Assembly (NCBI GenBank): GCA_028284865.1
Contig: JANQQV010000012.1
Coordinates: 8,886-72,885, forward strand
Source: Rhodothermales bacterium
GTDB taxonomy: Bacteria > Bacteroidota > Rhodothermia > Rhodothermales > UBA10348
Reading direction: 5' to 3'
Length of the DNA stretch: 64,000 bases
Below are positions 8,354-17,796 of this stretch, piece by piece. Positions within the stretch are counted from its first letter, which is position 1. Each line of letters begins with the position of its first letter. The position numbers and the translations under genes were made by a program. Below the pieces are notes generated by a model. The model saw only the letters and a program-made list of their open reading frames with translations, had not been told where the DNA came from and did not search any database.

Positions 8354-8763
8354 GGCAGAGAGCGGTTGGTTCGAGGGATTGTTTCATGGCTTCCTCCTGA
8401 GCTACCCTTTTGGGTGTAGCACGGTGTGGTCACCATGTTTTTGCCGATGAGTCGGTCAAATGGCCGCTCACTACGAGGTGATCGGCCGCGGGTTTCGAAC
8501 GCTATACACTGCTCATGTTACGTATAAACAGTGCCTTAGCAGGGATGAAAATCGATTTCATCATCCGTTCGAAACCGTTTCATGATCGGTTCACCGGCTG
8601 TTCTCCCGGCGTTGATGCAAGCTCCATGCCGACTTCATCTAAGGCGTGTCGAAGCCTGCATCCGATGCCTTAAATACACGAGAGGTCTTCGGCAGACCCA
8701 TCTCGTTGATGCCGTTTTCACACAAAAGAGCCCAAAATCGGCCTGTATCAGCCCAGAAGCCCT

Positions 8764-9909
8764 ATGTCGCGTCCCGAAATCGTGGTCGATGAGCATATCC
8801 CGTTCGTTTCGGACATTTTTTCCGATCTGGGCACGGTAATAGCCGTACCTGGTCACGAAATCGGCCCGGAAACGGTCAGAAACGCCGATATCCTGGTAGT
8901 CCGATCCATCACTTCAGTGGATGCCGGTTTGCTGAATGGCAGTTCAGTGCGCTTTGTGGGCACTGCGACGGCCGGAATCGACCATATCGATACCGAATTT
9001 CTTTCCGCATCAGACATCGCGTGGGCGCATGCTCCAGGAGCCAACGCTTCATCTGTGGTCGAATACGTCCTGGCAGCTATAACCGTTATTGCAAGTAGAG
9101 AGGATGTCTGGTGGCCTGAAAAGACCCTTGGAGTGATAGGATGTGGTCAGGTAGGGGAGCGGCTGTGTCGACGCGCCGAAGCTCTTGGGATGCGCGTCTT
9201 GCGCAATGACCCCCCCAGAGCTGAACAGGAAGGGGCGTCAGCATTCGTTGATCTGGATGAGCTGCTGGCCCAAAGTGACATCATCAGTGTCCACGTTCCG
9301 AAAGAGGAATCCGGCCCCTATCCGACCTTGGGGCTCGTAGGAGCCGATCAGTTGGCTCGCGTCAAAGAAGGGTCGTGGTTGATCCAGTCGTCAAGAGGGG
9401 GGACCGTGGACGAGAAAGCAGCGGTTGCGGCCAGACGAGAAGGACTCCTTGGAGCGCTGGTTTTGGATGTGTTCGAAAACGAGCCAATGCCCGATCTGGA
9501 AGCCGTCAACACGGCTGACCTGGCAACGGGTCACATCGCTGGATACAGCAGAGACGCCAAGCGCAATGGCGTGCTCATGATTCGGGATGCTCTGCTCCGC
9601 CATTGGAATCGCACCGAATCAACTGGGGCATCGCACCCTGATACACTCGGATCAGTCACAATACCGGATACTGCACGGCGCAGCCCACACATGCTTGACG
9701 GATTGATTCAGCAGGTGATGGACATCCGGGCGGACGATGCCCGTTTTCGGTTGGCCATGCGTTCCGTAGACAAGGCAACCGCCTTTCATTCCTACCGGGC
9801 GTCCTATCCCGACCGATTCAGTTGGTCTCGCTACACTGCAGAGGCAAGCGGCGAGTCATTACGCCTTTGCTCCGCGCTCGGGTTTGCCACCAGAGCGGAC
9901 TATAGATGA
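8764..9909 (+). CDS. pdxB: 4-phosphoerythronate dehydrogenase PdxB
   Basis: It is collinear with E. coli PdxB from memory (VDEHIPFVSDIFSDLG, VRSITSV, FVGTATAGIDHID, GCGQVGERL, LRNDPPR, HIAGYS). It also has the PdxB-specific C-terminal domain. Confidence 0.9.
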   Translation: MSRPEIVVDEHIPFVSDIFSDLGTVIAVPGHEIGPETVRNADILVVRSITSVDAGLLNGSSVRFVGTATAGIDHIDTEFLSASDIAWAHAPGANASSVVEYVLAAITVIASREDVWWPEKTLGVIGCGQVGERLCRRAEALGMRVLRNDPPRAEQEGASAFVDLDELLAQSDIISVHVPKEESGPYPTLGLVGADQLARVKEGSWLIQSSRGGTVDEKAAVAARREGLLGALVLDVFENEPMPDLEAVNTADLATGHIAGYSRDAKRNGVLMIRDALLRHWNRTESTGASHPDTLGSVTIPDTARRSPHMLDGLIQQVMDIRADDARFRLAMRSVDKATAFHSYRASYPDRFSWSRYTAEASGESLRLCSALGFATRADYR

Positions 9910-9928
9910 CCTGTCTCAGGCCCGTTCC

Positions 9929-10870
9929 TCAGGTCGTGAAGCCGAACGAACGTAGGTGACTTTCTGAATTGCGCCAGTCATTCCGGACCTTGACGTGCAG
10001 CTTCAGGAAGATGGGTCGGTCAATGAAGCCTTCGATATCCTCGCGGGCAAACGTGCCGATCTTTTTGAGGGCCTTCCCACCTTTTCCGATCAGGATGCCT
10101 TTCTGGGAGTCGCGCTCGACGATGACCTCCGCGTGGATGAGGTCCTTGTCGCCCTCCCGTTCTTCCCAGCTGACGATGTCTACCTGCGTGGAATACGGTA
10201 TTTCCTGTCGGTACAGCTTGAAGATCTTTTCCCGGATGATTTCAGCCACGAAGAAACGCTCGGGCTGTTCGCTGATCATCTCTTTGGGATAAAAGGCCGG
10301 ACTGGATGGCAACCGCTTGAGGACGGACTGCAGCACGACGTCCACGTTTTTTCCTTTCAGCGCGGAGATGGGAATCACTTCGTCAAATGCGTGGGCTTCC
10401 ATGTAGGCTGATACCAGGGGGAGCACATCCTCCTGCCGGATCTTGTCGATCTTGTTCAATACGAGGATGGCAGGACGATCGCCAACGTACTTCAGGCTCA
10501 GATCGTCGACATTATCGCGCGTCGCGTCTGCCATGAAGACAAGCAGGTCGGCGTCAGACGTGGATGTACGCACATCATTCATCATCGCCTTCTGCAGGCC
10601 ATAACGGGGTTCGATGATCCCGGGTGTATCGAGCAGGATCACCTGGTGGTCGTCACCCGAAAGGATGCCGAGAACGCGACGCCGCGTCGTTTGCGGCCGA
10701 TGTGTGACAATGGACAGTTTCTGCCCCATCAATGCGTTGAGCAAGGTGCTCTTGCCGACATTGGGTTTACCGATCAGGGCAACATAGCCGCACCGGTGAT
10801 CGACACCCTCGGGTTGACCGCCATCCTGTGGGGGGATGTTCTCTTCGGGAGATGTCTGCTCAGGAGCCAT
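9929..10870 (-). CDS. era: GTPase Era
   Basis: ORF trimmed to the ATG at 10870. It has G1 (GKPNVGKST), G3 (DTPG), G4 (NKID) and a C-terminal KH domain (GKGGKALKKIG). The start overlaps the pdxJ 3' end by 11 nt. Confidence 0.9.
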   Translation of the reverse strand: MAPEQTSPEENIPPQDGGQPEGVDHRCGYVALIGKPNVGKSTLLNALMGQKLSIVTHRPQTTRRRVLGILSGDDHQVILLDTPGIIEPRYGLQKAMMNDVRTSTSDADLLVFMADATRDNVDDLSLKYVGDRPAILVLNKIDKIRQEDVLPLVSAYMEAHAFDEVIPISALKGKNVDVVLQSVLKRLPSSPAFYPKEMISEQPERFFVAEIIREKIFKLYRQEIPYSTQVDIVSWEEREGDKDLIHAEVIVERDSQKGILIGKGGKALKKIGTFAREDIEGFIDRPIFLKLHVKVRNDWRNSESHLRSFGFTT

Positions 10871-11597
10871 AGGGGTGTTGTTCGATGATCGATCGCATGT
10901 CAGAAACGGATTGCTCCATTCCTGTGAACAAGGCACGAGAAACGACAGCAAAACCGATGGATACTTCGGACAGGTGGGGAATGGCCCGACCGAATGCTGG
11001 GTAATTGGATTCATCCAGGCCGTGTCCGGCGTGGACGGTCAGACCAAGTTCATGAGCCAGTTCAGCGGCGGAAGCCAACCGATTCAGGATATCCTGACGA
11101 TGCTCATCCGTCGGCGCATTGGCATAGTCGCCCGTATGCAATTCAATGGAATTGGCCCCCGAGTCGGCACTGGCCTTGATCTGATCCGGAACGGGATCCA
11201 CAAATAAGGCGACCTGTGCGATGCCATGGTCATACAGTCTGGGAATGACCTGACCCAGTCGCTCCATGTTGGCACGGACATCAAGACCACCCTCGGTAGT
11301 CACTTCTTCGCGCTTTTCGGGGACCAACGTGGCCAATTGGGGCTGGATGTCGCAACAGATCGTCACGATTTCCTCGGCCAGGGACAATTCGAAATCCAGT
11401 TTCGTGTCCAGCTCAGCCTTGAACCGGCGAACATCCTCGTCTGTGATGTGTCGCCTGTCCTCGCGGAGATGGAATACAATTCCTTCGGCTCCTCCTGCCA
11501 GACAGGCATGAGCTGCAGCTACGGGATCAGGAAACCGTTCCCGCCGAGCGTTCCGAAGTGTCGCCACGTGGTCGACATTGATCAGCAGTTTCGTCAT
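10860..11597 (-). CDS. pdxJ: pyridoxine 5'-phosphate synthase PdxJ
   Basis: MTKLLINVDHVATLRNARRERFPDP, HLREDRRHI and ELHTG match the PdxJ pattern. Confidence 0.9.
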   Translation of the reverse strand: MTKLLINVDHVATLRNARRERFPDPVAAAHACLAGGAEGIVFHLREDRRHITDEDVRRFKAELDTKLDFELSLAEEIVTICCDIQPQLATLVPEKREEVTTEGGLDVRANMERLGQVIPRLYDHGIAQVALFVDPVPDQIKASADSGANSIELHTGDYANAPTDEHRQDILNRLASAAELAHELGLTVHAGHGLDESNYPAFGRAIPHLSEVSIGFAVVSRALFTGMEQSVSDMRSIIEQHPYGS

Positions 11598-11613
11598 TCA
11601 GATCGGAAAGAGG

Positions 11614-11629
11614 GGGCAGGCAACTTGCT
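11614..11629 (+). promoter_or_regulatory. candidate sigma-54 (-24/-12) promoter GGGCAGGCAACTTGCT
   Basis: GG and GC are at the canonical spacing, with TTGC at -12. The site is about 188 nt upstream of the 11817 ATG. A chance match is plausible. Confidence 0.25.
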
Positions 11630-11816
11630 GCGGCCCCGGGGGTCTTCTTTGGTAGTGGGCAGGCCTGAAACACCCACCCGGAGTGAATGTTTTGGGCGCC
11701 CTGCGAGATGGATTCGTGTTTTGCATTTCGCTGGAGAGGCTCCTATTTTCGGTGCCTGATGAGCCCCACGGGGCTACGGCTTTTTCGTTCAACCCGTTCA
11801 CTTCGAAGAGACAACA

Positions 11817-12278
11817 ATGGCGTCCAGCAGCCGGGGAGTCCAGACCGCATTGCAGGTGGTACTCGCTATCGCAATCCTTGCACTCACCTACTTCCTGTAT
11901 GAATCCATCACGGCGCCTTACGAGGCTGTCGAACGGCAGCGGGAGTTGACCGAGCAGACGCGCGAGCGCATGCACCAGGTCCGTGATGCCATGGTTGAGC
12001 ACAATCGTCGCGAAGGACGTTTCATTTCGACGCTTGACTCGTTGGTCATGTGGCTGAAGACCGATTCGGTCATGGTGGCCGATGCTGACAGCATCTTTGG
12101 CGCCGAATTCTTCCCGGATTCCCTGATGGTCTCGCCTCGCACTGGTAACCAGTTCGAGCTTGCAGTGAACGATACATTGCGGACACCGACGTATCGACTG
12201 GACGATCCGGATTCAGACGACTATATCGGTACGCTTTCCGGCGATGTGACTCAGCTCAACGCTGCCAGCTGGGAGTAA
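11817..12278 (+). CDS. membrane-anchored hypothetical protein
   Basis: It has a single N-terminal TM helix (VQTALQVVLAIAILALTYFLY) followed by a soluble domain. I could not recognise a family. Confidence 0.5.
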   Translation: MASSSRGVQTALQVVLAIAILALTYFLYESITAPYEAVERQRELTEQTRERMHQVRDAMVEHNRREGRFISTLDSLVMWLKTDSVMVADADSIFGAEFFPDSLMVSPRTGNQFELAVNDTLRTPTYRLDDPDSDDYIGTLSGDVTQLNAASWE

Positions 12279-12329
12279 TCGTCCTACTGCCGGTTCGTTG
12301 ACGTTCCGGCAGCCAACAGTTCGCTTTCC

Positions 12330-13229
12330 ATGGCAGGCATCTCCACCGCTGGTGTCGAGTTCAGCCACGACCTGATGCGATACGCTGAGGTCGAGCAGTC
12401 GGACGGTCATTACCGTTTGCTCCGTCTGGGAAATTGCGAATTCGAGTTCGATGCGGCTTCCGTTCTGTTTGATGGAGACCAACCTGAGTTGATAGACGCC
12501 ATTCGCGAAGCGATGGCGGACATCTTCAGGGACACCGTGGCAACCGGCTTCCGGTTCGTGATTCCATCAGATCGACAGACCCGATTTTCGACGGCCGTCC
12601 CTGCCGAAGCGGATGTCAACCTTCGAAGCGCTCTCATCGGATACGAGACCAGACTGTTCACGGGTAATCGGGAAGGGGGCGACATTTTCCCCGCCCATCT
12701 GCGCTCGGCTCCGGAATCCGATGCCCAGCTGTTCGCAATCTCGCACATCGACGAAACGGTTTCGCGCGCCCTCAAAGGGCTGCAACCTGTATTTCCCAAC
12801 GCCGCGTTCGACCTGTCGCCATCCATGATGGCGGCTACGCTGGCCTTCCGGCATGTCGCGCATCACCGTAAACTCCCAGCCAGCAGCTACCTGCTGGTCG
12901 GGCTTGGGTCGGAAGGCGCGGATTTCGTGTTGATGAAGGGTGCCGAGCCGGTCACGCAGGAGTGGGTGGCCATTCAGCAGCCCCAGGATTTGGCGTATCG
13001 TGGTCTGCTGTGCTGCAGTCGATTCGGCCTTTCCTGGCGTGATATCGAACACGTGTTCGTCTACGGTGCGCCAATCGACCAGGACTCCGTTGACGCGCTG
13101 GCCTCAGCCTTTGGACCCCGCGTTGAGTATATCAATCCGGGTCTGATAGTCGGACTGGATGCGGATCACTTCGGAGAGTCCTTTCCCATCGAGGCATTCC
13201 TTCCGGTCCTCGGTGCAGCCATCCAGTAG
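12330..13229 (+). CDS. hypothetical protein, possibly a divergent actin/PilM-like fold
   Basis: 299-aa ORF. Its C-terminal half (YLLVGLGSEGADFVLMKG, VFVYGAPIDQDSVDALASAFGPRVEYINPG) loosely resembles the second ASKHA lobe of PilM/FtsA. This is a weak call. Confidence 0.45.
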   Translation: MAGISTAGVEFSHDLMRYAEVEQSDGHYRLLRLGNCEFEFDAASVLFDGDQPELIDAIREAMADIFRDTVATGFRFVIPSDRQTRFSTAVPAEADVNLRSALIGYETRLFTGNREGGDIFPAHLRSAPESDAQLFAISHIDETVSRALKGLQPVFPNAAFDLSPSMMAATLAFRHVAHHRKLPASSYLLVGLGSEGADFVLMKGAEPVTQEWVAIQQPQDLAYRGLLCCSRFGLSWRDIEHVFVYGAPIDQDSVDALASAFGPRVEYINPGLIVGLDADHFGESFPIEAFLPVLGAAIQ

Positions 13230-13234
13230 TCGCC

Positions 13235-13792
13235 ATGCGAATCATCGCCGGCCGATTCAAACGACGCAACTTGACGTCCCCCCAAGGTGATGCCATCCGT
13301 CCAACGACGGACCGTACCCGTGAGTCGATGTTCAACCTGATCGGATCCCGCTTGGATCTGGACGGAGCGCACGTGGCCGACCTGTTCTGTGGAAGCGGAT
13401 CGTTGGGATTGGAAGCCTTCAGTCGGGGTGCCGCCCGCATCGAATTCGTTGATCGGGACCCGCGAGCACTGGCATTGGCTCGAAAGAATGCGCTCGAATT
13501 GGATGAGTACGCTCCATGCCGTTTCATCAAATCAGAAGCCGCTGTTTGGGCGGCTGGACAGGCAGCGGGGTCCTTCGATCTTATATTGGCGGACCCGCCT
13601 TACCATGCTGACGGGATCATCGAACTGGTGGAAGTTGTGCTCCCCTTGCTCGCCGACGGGGGACTCTTCCTGCTGGAGCATGATCGTCATCTGAGGCTAC
13701 CCGAGCATCCGGATCTGGAAGGCGTACGGACATACGGCAAGACTGCCGTTGCCGTCTATCATCGTCGGGATGAGGACCTTTCCTCGACCTGA
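13235..13792 (+). CDS. rsmD: 16S rRNA (guanine966-N2)-methyltransferase RsmD
   Basis: MRIIAGRFKRRNL, RPTTDRTRESMFN, DLFCGSGSLGLEAFSRGA and ILADPPY match RsmD. Confidence 0.85.
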   Translation: MRIIAGRFKRRNLTSPQGDAIRPTTDRTRESMFNLIGSRLDLDGAHVADLFCGSGSLGLEAFSRGAARIEFVDRDPRALALARKNALELDEYAPCRFIKSEAAVWAAGQAAGSFDLILADPPYHADGIIELVEVVLPLLADGGLFLLEHDRHLRLPEHPDLEGVRTYGKTAVAVYHRRDEDLSST

Positions 13793-13808
13793 ACACTCTG
13801 AGAAGACC

Positions 13809-14288
13809 ATGAAACAGAATGGACTGGCGCTGTATCCAGGATCATTCGATCCGTTCACCCTGGGTCATCAGGATATCCTCGAGCGCGCGTGCCGACTATT
13901 TGATCACGTTGAGGTCACGATCGCGCACAACTCCCAGAAACGAGGCTTCTTCGATACCGACCAACGGGCTGCATTGGCTGAGGCTTGCACGTCACATCTC
14001 GACAACGTGTCCATTGTGGTCTTTGAGGGTCTATTGGTCGATCATGCCAAGCGCCAAGGTGCCATTGCACTCGTCAGAGGACTGCGCCAGGTGTCCGATT
14101 TCGACTATGAGTTTCGCATGGCTTTCGCCAACCGTCGATTGGCTGCCGAAGTGGAAACCGTATTTTTGATGACCAGCGAAGAGCACGCGCTGATCAGTGC
14201 TTCGATCGTTCGGGAGATCCACCGCTTCGGAGGTGACATTTCCTCATTCGTTCCTGCTCCTGTACTGGCTGCGATGCAGGCTCGCTGA
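13809..14288 (+). CDS. coaD: phosphopantetheine adenylyltransferase CoaD
   Basis: ORF trimmed to the ATG at 13809. YPGSFDPFTLGHQDI and ISASIVREI match CoaD. Confidence 0.9.
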   Translation: MKQNGLALYPGSFDPFTLGHQDILERACRLFDHVEVTIAHNSQKRGFFDTDQRAALAEACTSHLDNVSIVVFEGLLVDHAKRQGAIALVRGLRQVSDFDYEFRMAFANRRLAAEVETVFLMTSEEHALISASIVREIHRFGGDISSFVPAPVLAAMQAR

Positions 14289-14330
14289 GTGCCTGTTGAC
14301 TGACCCTTTTGACCTCTGATTTTCCTGCCT

Positions 14331-15539
14331 GTGAGCTCATCCCACGCCTTCAACTCCCGTGTCACCGCCATGCAGCCTTCGGCCACCCTGGCCATGACAG
14401 CTGCTGCAAAGTCCCGCATCCGTGATGGGTATCCGGTTATTGGCTTGAGTGCGGGAGAGCCGGATTTCGACACGCCCGAGGCCATTGCCGAGGCGGGTGT
14501 CAAAGCGATCCGCGACGGGTTCACACATTACACCAACAATCAGGGTGTACCCGAGCTTCGGGAGGAAATTGCCCGAAAGCTGGAACGGGACAATGGCATA
14601 CAAGTCGCACCCTCGCAGATCCTCTGCTCCAATGGAGCAAAACAATCAGTGGCCCAGGCCGTGATGGCGTTGGTTCGCGATGGCGACGAAGTCATCATTC
14701 CAGCGCCCTACTGGGTGAGCTATCCAGAAATGGTGCGCATGGCGGGTGGGATTCCACATGCCATCACGACGACGCACAAAACCGGCTATTTGTTGTCTCC
14801 CGAGCAATTGGAGGCAAGCATCTCCGACAAGACCCGTCTGCTGATTCTGTGTTCGCCGTCGAACCCAACCGGTGGAGTGTACTCGCCGGACATGTTGGAG
14901 AAGCTGGTTGAGATCCTGCTTCGCCACCCGCAGATCTTTGTCATCTCTGACGAGATCTATGAGCACATCGTGTACGACATCGAGCATCGCTCGATTGCCT
15001 CATTCGAAGGCATGGCGCACCGTACGGTTACCGTCAATGGTTTCTCGAAGGCCTATGCCATGACGGGTTGGCGATTGGGCTATATGGCAGCGGATTCCGA
15101 GATCATCTCGGCAGCATCGAAGATCCAGAGCCAGTTTACTTCGGCACCATCGTCGATCACCCAGATGGCAGGGATCGCCGCGTTGCAGCTCGATCCTTCC
15201 GTGGTGGCCGGCATGGTTTCGGCGTTCCGACATCGCCGCGACCTCATGCTGGATCGACTCGGTAATATGGATGGCGTGGAGTGCCCGGTCCCGGAGGGAG
15301 CGTTTTACCTGTTCCCGGATGTTGGCCGGTATCTCGGATGTAGTACTCCGGACGGTCAACATATCTCGGACACGCAGGACCTCTGCATGTACATCCTGAA
15401 CGAGCATAACGTGGCTCTCGTCCCTGGTCAGGCCTTTGGTGGCCCCACCGGATTGCGGATTTCCTATGCGGCCTCAGAAAATGACTTGATGACGGCGTGC
15501 GATCGTCTCGACGTGGCCTTCTCCCGACTTCGGGCCTAA
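14331..15539 (+). CDS. class I/II pyridoxal-phosphate aminotransferase (aspartate aminotransferase-like)
   Basis: It has a GTG start at 14331. LSAGEPDFDTP, PAPYWVSYPE and NGFSKAYAMTGWRLGY (PLP lysine) match this class. Confidence 0.85.
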   Translation: MSSSHAFNSRVTAMQPSATLAMTAAAKSRIRDGYPVIGLSAGEPDFDTPEAIAEAGVKAIRDGFTHYTNNQGVPELREEIARKLERDNGIQVAPSQILCSNGAKQSVAQAVMALVRDGDEVIIPAPYWVSYPEMVRMAGGIPHAITTTHKTGYLLSPEQLEASISDKTRLLILCSPSNPTGGVYSPDMLEKLVEILLRHPQIFVISDEIYEHIVYDIEHRSIASFEGMAHRTVTVNGFSKAYAMTGWRLGYMAADSEIISAASKIQSQFTSAPSSITQMAGIAALQLDPSVVAGMVSAFRHRRDLMLDRLGNMDGVECPVPEGAFYLFPDVGRYLGCSTPDGQHISDTQDLCMYILNEHNVALVPGQAFGGPTGLRISYAASENDLMTACDRLDVAFSRLRA

Positions 15540-15544
15540 AACAC

Positions 15545-16732
15545 ATGGCCGCAAACGACGGGTTCAAGGATCGGTACTGGCTGCACGCGCTGCTTTTTCT
15601 GCTCACGCTGGCGACGACCGTTTTTTCCGGCGCGCAGATGGCAGGAAGGCATGTCATCTATGACGCCGCGGACGTGCTCTTCCAGGTCGGCCCCGTGCCG
15701 ATCTCGATGCCGTTCCTGCTCGACGGTCTGCTCTTCGGCGGATCCCTACTGTTTTTTCTGACCGTTCACGAGTTCGGACACTATTTCGCGGCCCGGCTGC
15801 ACCGGGTGGCAGTGTCCCTGCCGTATTACATCCCTTTTCCATTCAACGGGATCGGTACATTCGGTGCGGTCATCCGGATTCGCCAGCAGGTACCTTCGAT
15901 GCGAAAGCTTTTCGACATCGGTGCTGCCGGGCCGTTGGCCGGGTTCGCAGTGGCATTCGTTCTGCTTCTGGTAGGGTTCATGACGCTGCCAGAGCTGGAT
16001 TATGTGGAAGGTTTTCCTGGCCACGAGGCTCTGAAGGACTGGATCAACCGCTACGGTGCGTTCCCGGAAAACCCGCCGACGTCAGCAGGCAATGAAGAGC
16101 TGCTGACACTGACCATCGGGACGACGCCACTCTACTGGCTGATGTCCCAGTTCTTCGCCGACGTACCTCCCATGTGGGAGATGTACCACTATCCTGTTTT
16201 GTTTGCTGCCTGGTTGGGTCTGTTTTTCACGGCTCTCAACCTGCTGCCCGTCGGTCAGCTGGATGGAGGCCATATCCTGTATGCCCTGGTTGGCCCGGTC
16301 TGGCATCTGCGCATCGCCCGCGCGTTTGTATTGCTGCTCCTATGGTCGGGCGGGATCGGGTTCATCGTGGAAGTAGAACCGATCATGGCATCGTTTTCCC
16401 TGCCTACGGGTCAGCTGTCCTGGATTGCGCTGTCTGTCATTTTCTTCTTGTACAGTCAGCGCATGTTCAATCGGAACTGGAAGCACGTCGTGACCGCCGT
16501 TTTCGGTCTGACGCTGACGACAGCGCTGGGGCTGACCAGTGACATCATCATCGACATGTTTGCCTACAGCGGCTGGCTGATCTGGTGTTTGCTGATCATC
16601 CTCCTGATTCGCGTGGAACATCCACCAGTCGCGATCATGGAACCGCTGACTCCCAGGCGGAAGTGGCTGGCTGTATGCAGTCTGCTCATTTTTGCCCTGT
16701 GCTTCAGTTTCAAGCCGCTCTATATTGGGTAG
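15545..16732 (+). CDS. site-2 protease family (peptidase M50) membrane metalloprotease
   Basis: ORF trimmed to the ATG at 15545. It has HEFGHY (HExxH) and NLLPVGQLDGGH motifs and is polytopic. Confidence 0.75.
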   Translation: MAANDGFKDRYWLHALLFLLTLATTVFSGAQMAGRHVIYDAADVLFQVGPVPISMPFLLDGLLFGGSLLFFLTVHEFGHYFAARLHRVAVSLPYYIPFPFNGIGTFGAVIRIRQQVPSMRKLFDIGAAGPLAGFAVAFVLLLVGFMTLPELDYVEGFPGHEALKDWINRYGAFPENPPTSAGNEELLTLTIGTTPLYWLMSQFFADVPPMWEMYHYPVLFAAWLGLFFTALNLLPVGQLDGGHILYALVGPVWHLRIARAFVLLLLWSGGIGFIVEVEPIMASFSLPTGQLSWIALSVIFFLYSQRMFNRNWKHVVTAVFGLTLTTALGLTSDIIIDMFAYSGWLIWCLLIILLIRVEHPPVAIMEPLTPRRKWLAVCSLLIFALCFSFKPLYIG

Positions 16733-16926
16733 AAGGCTCCCGTCCCGGGTATCCTGAACACACCATTTCCTGCTGAATATCCACCGAAACGTTCGTCGCC
16801 ACTGCCCGTTTTGCTACCACCTTTCCCTGAAGGGCATTCTTCTTTTTGCGACCTGAACGGATATTCATGATCCTATCTTTTGCTGCTGGCCGTCTTGCTC
16901 GGATGCGTGCTGGTTTGGTGCATGGC

Positions 16927-17793
16927 ATGCTCCAATCCAAAGCAAGAGTGAAAGCGCGTGTACGCGCCCCGCATTCCTTGCTTCATGCTGGTCTTCCTTC
17001 CATGCTCGGTGTCATGCTGCTGCTCGTCCTATCGGCGTGCGATTCTGCTCCCGGTACCACGCCATCCGACGCATCGGCACCGTTTGTTGAGGACATTCAG
17101 GTATCCCCTGATGTGCTCGCGCTGGATCAGATTGGAGGAAGCGGCGATACCGTGACTGCAACCGTTACGGTGTCTGCACACGTCTCCGATGACGACAATG
17201 ATCTGTCCACGTTCTTTGTCGTGGTTCGATCAGCATTGTCCGGACAGGCACCATTGGCCTCTTCGGAATCTCCGATAGCGAATTCCGGTCGCATGCAGGT
17301 GGCAATTGATCTGACCGTCTCGCGCGCTGAAGCAGGTCGATTCACGGTGACTGTCTTTGCCTCAGATACCGCCGGTAATCTCAGCAATGTCGCTTACCAC
17401 GTGATCGATGTCAGTGCTTCCAGTGAGCCCCCGGTCATCGTCGGAGTCACCATGCCTGATGTCGTTGTGCGTCCTTCTGCAGGCGAGCCGGCTGTGAGTG
17501 TACCGATCGTGGTGGAAGCTTCTGACCCCGATGGACTGGATAACATCGCCTTCGTTCAGGTCGTCGTGAACGGTAGTACGACGCTGCGATTGTGTGACGA
17601 TGGGGGCCAGGGTGTCTGCAATGCCGGTTTTGGGGCGAGTAGCGGCGATGTGCAGGCAGGTGACGGCTTGTTCACATTGACCATCCAGCTCGCTGATACC
17701 AATGCGGCTGGAACGAACACGTTCGAGTTCTCGGTCGTGGATCGTAGTGGGTTGAGAAGTAGTGTAGTTGCTCGTTCGATCGAGGTGCAGTAG
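16927..17793 (+). CDS. lipoprotein with two Ig-like beta-sandwich repeats
   Basis: It has a lipobox (LLVLSAC) after a basic n-region. The start is uncertain, with alternatives between 16846 and 17002. Two repeated segments end in similar strands (TVTVFASDTAGNLS and FEFSVVDRSGLRS). Confidence 0.55.
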   Translation: MLQSKARVKARVRAPHSLLHAGLPSMLGVMLLLVLSACDSAPGTTPSDASAPFVEDIQVSPDVLALDQIGGSGDTVTATVTVSAHVSDDDNDLSTFFVVVRSALSGQAPLASSESPIANSGRMQVAIDLTVSRAEAGRFTVTVFASDTAGNLSNVAYHVIDVSASSEPPVIVGVTMPDVVVRPSAGEPAVSVPIVVEASDPDGLDNIAFVQVVVNGSTTLRLCDDGGQGVCNAGFGASSGDVQAGDGLFTLTIQLADTNAAGTNTFEFSVVDRSGLRSSVVARSIEVQ

Positions 17794-17796
17794 GAC

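Noticed and set aside
8582-8856. Overlapping 85-aa (+) and 73-aa (-) ORFs in the hydrolase-pdxB intergenic region
   Set aside because: They overlap each other and the pdxB start. They have no signal, TM or motif content and a composition atypical of coding sequence.
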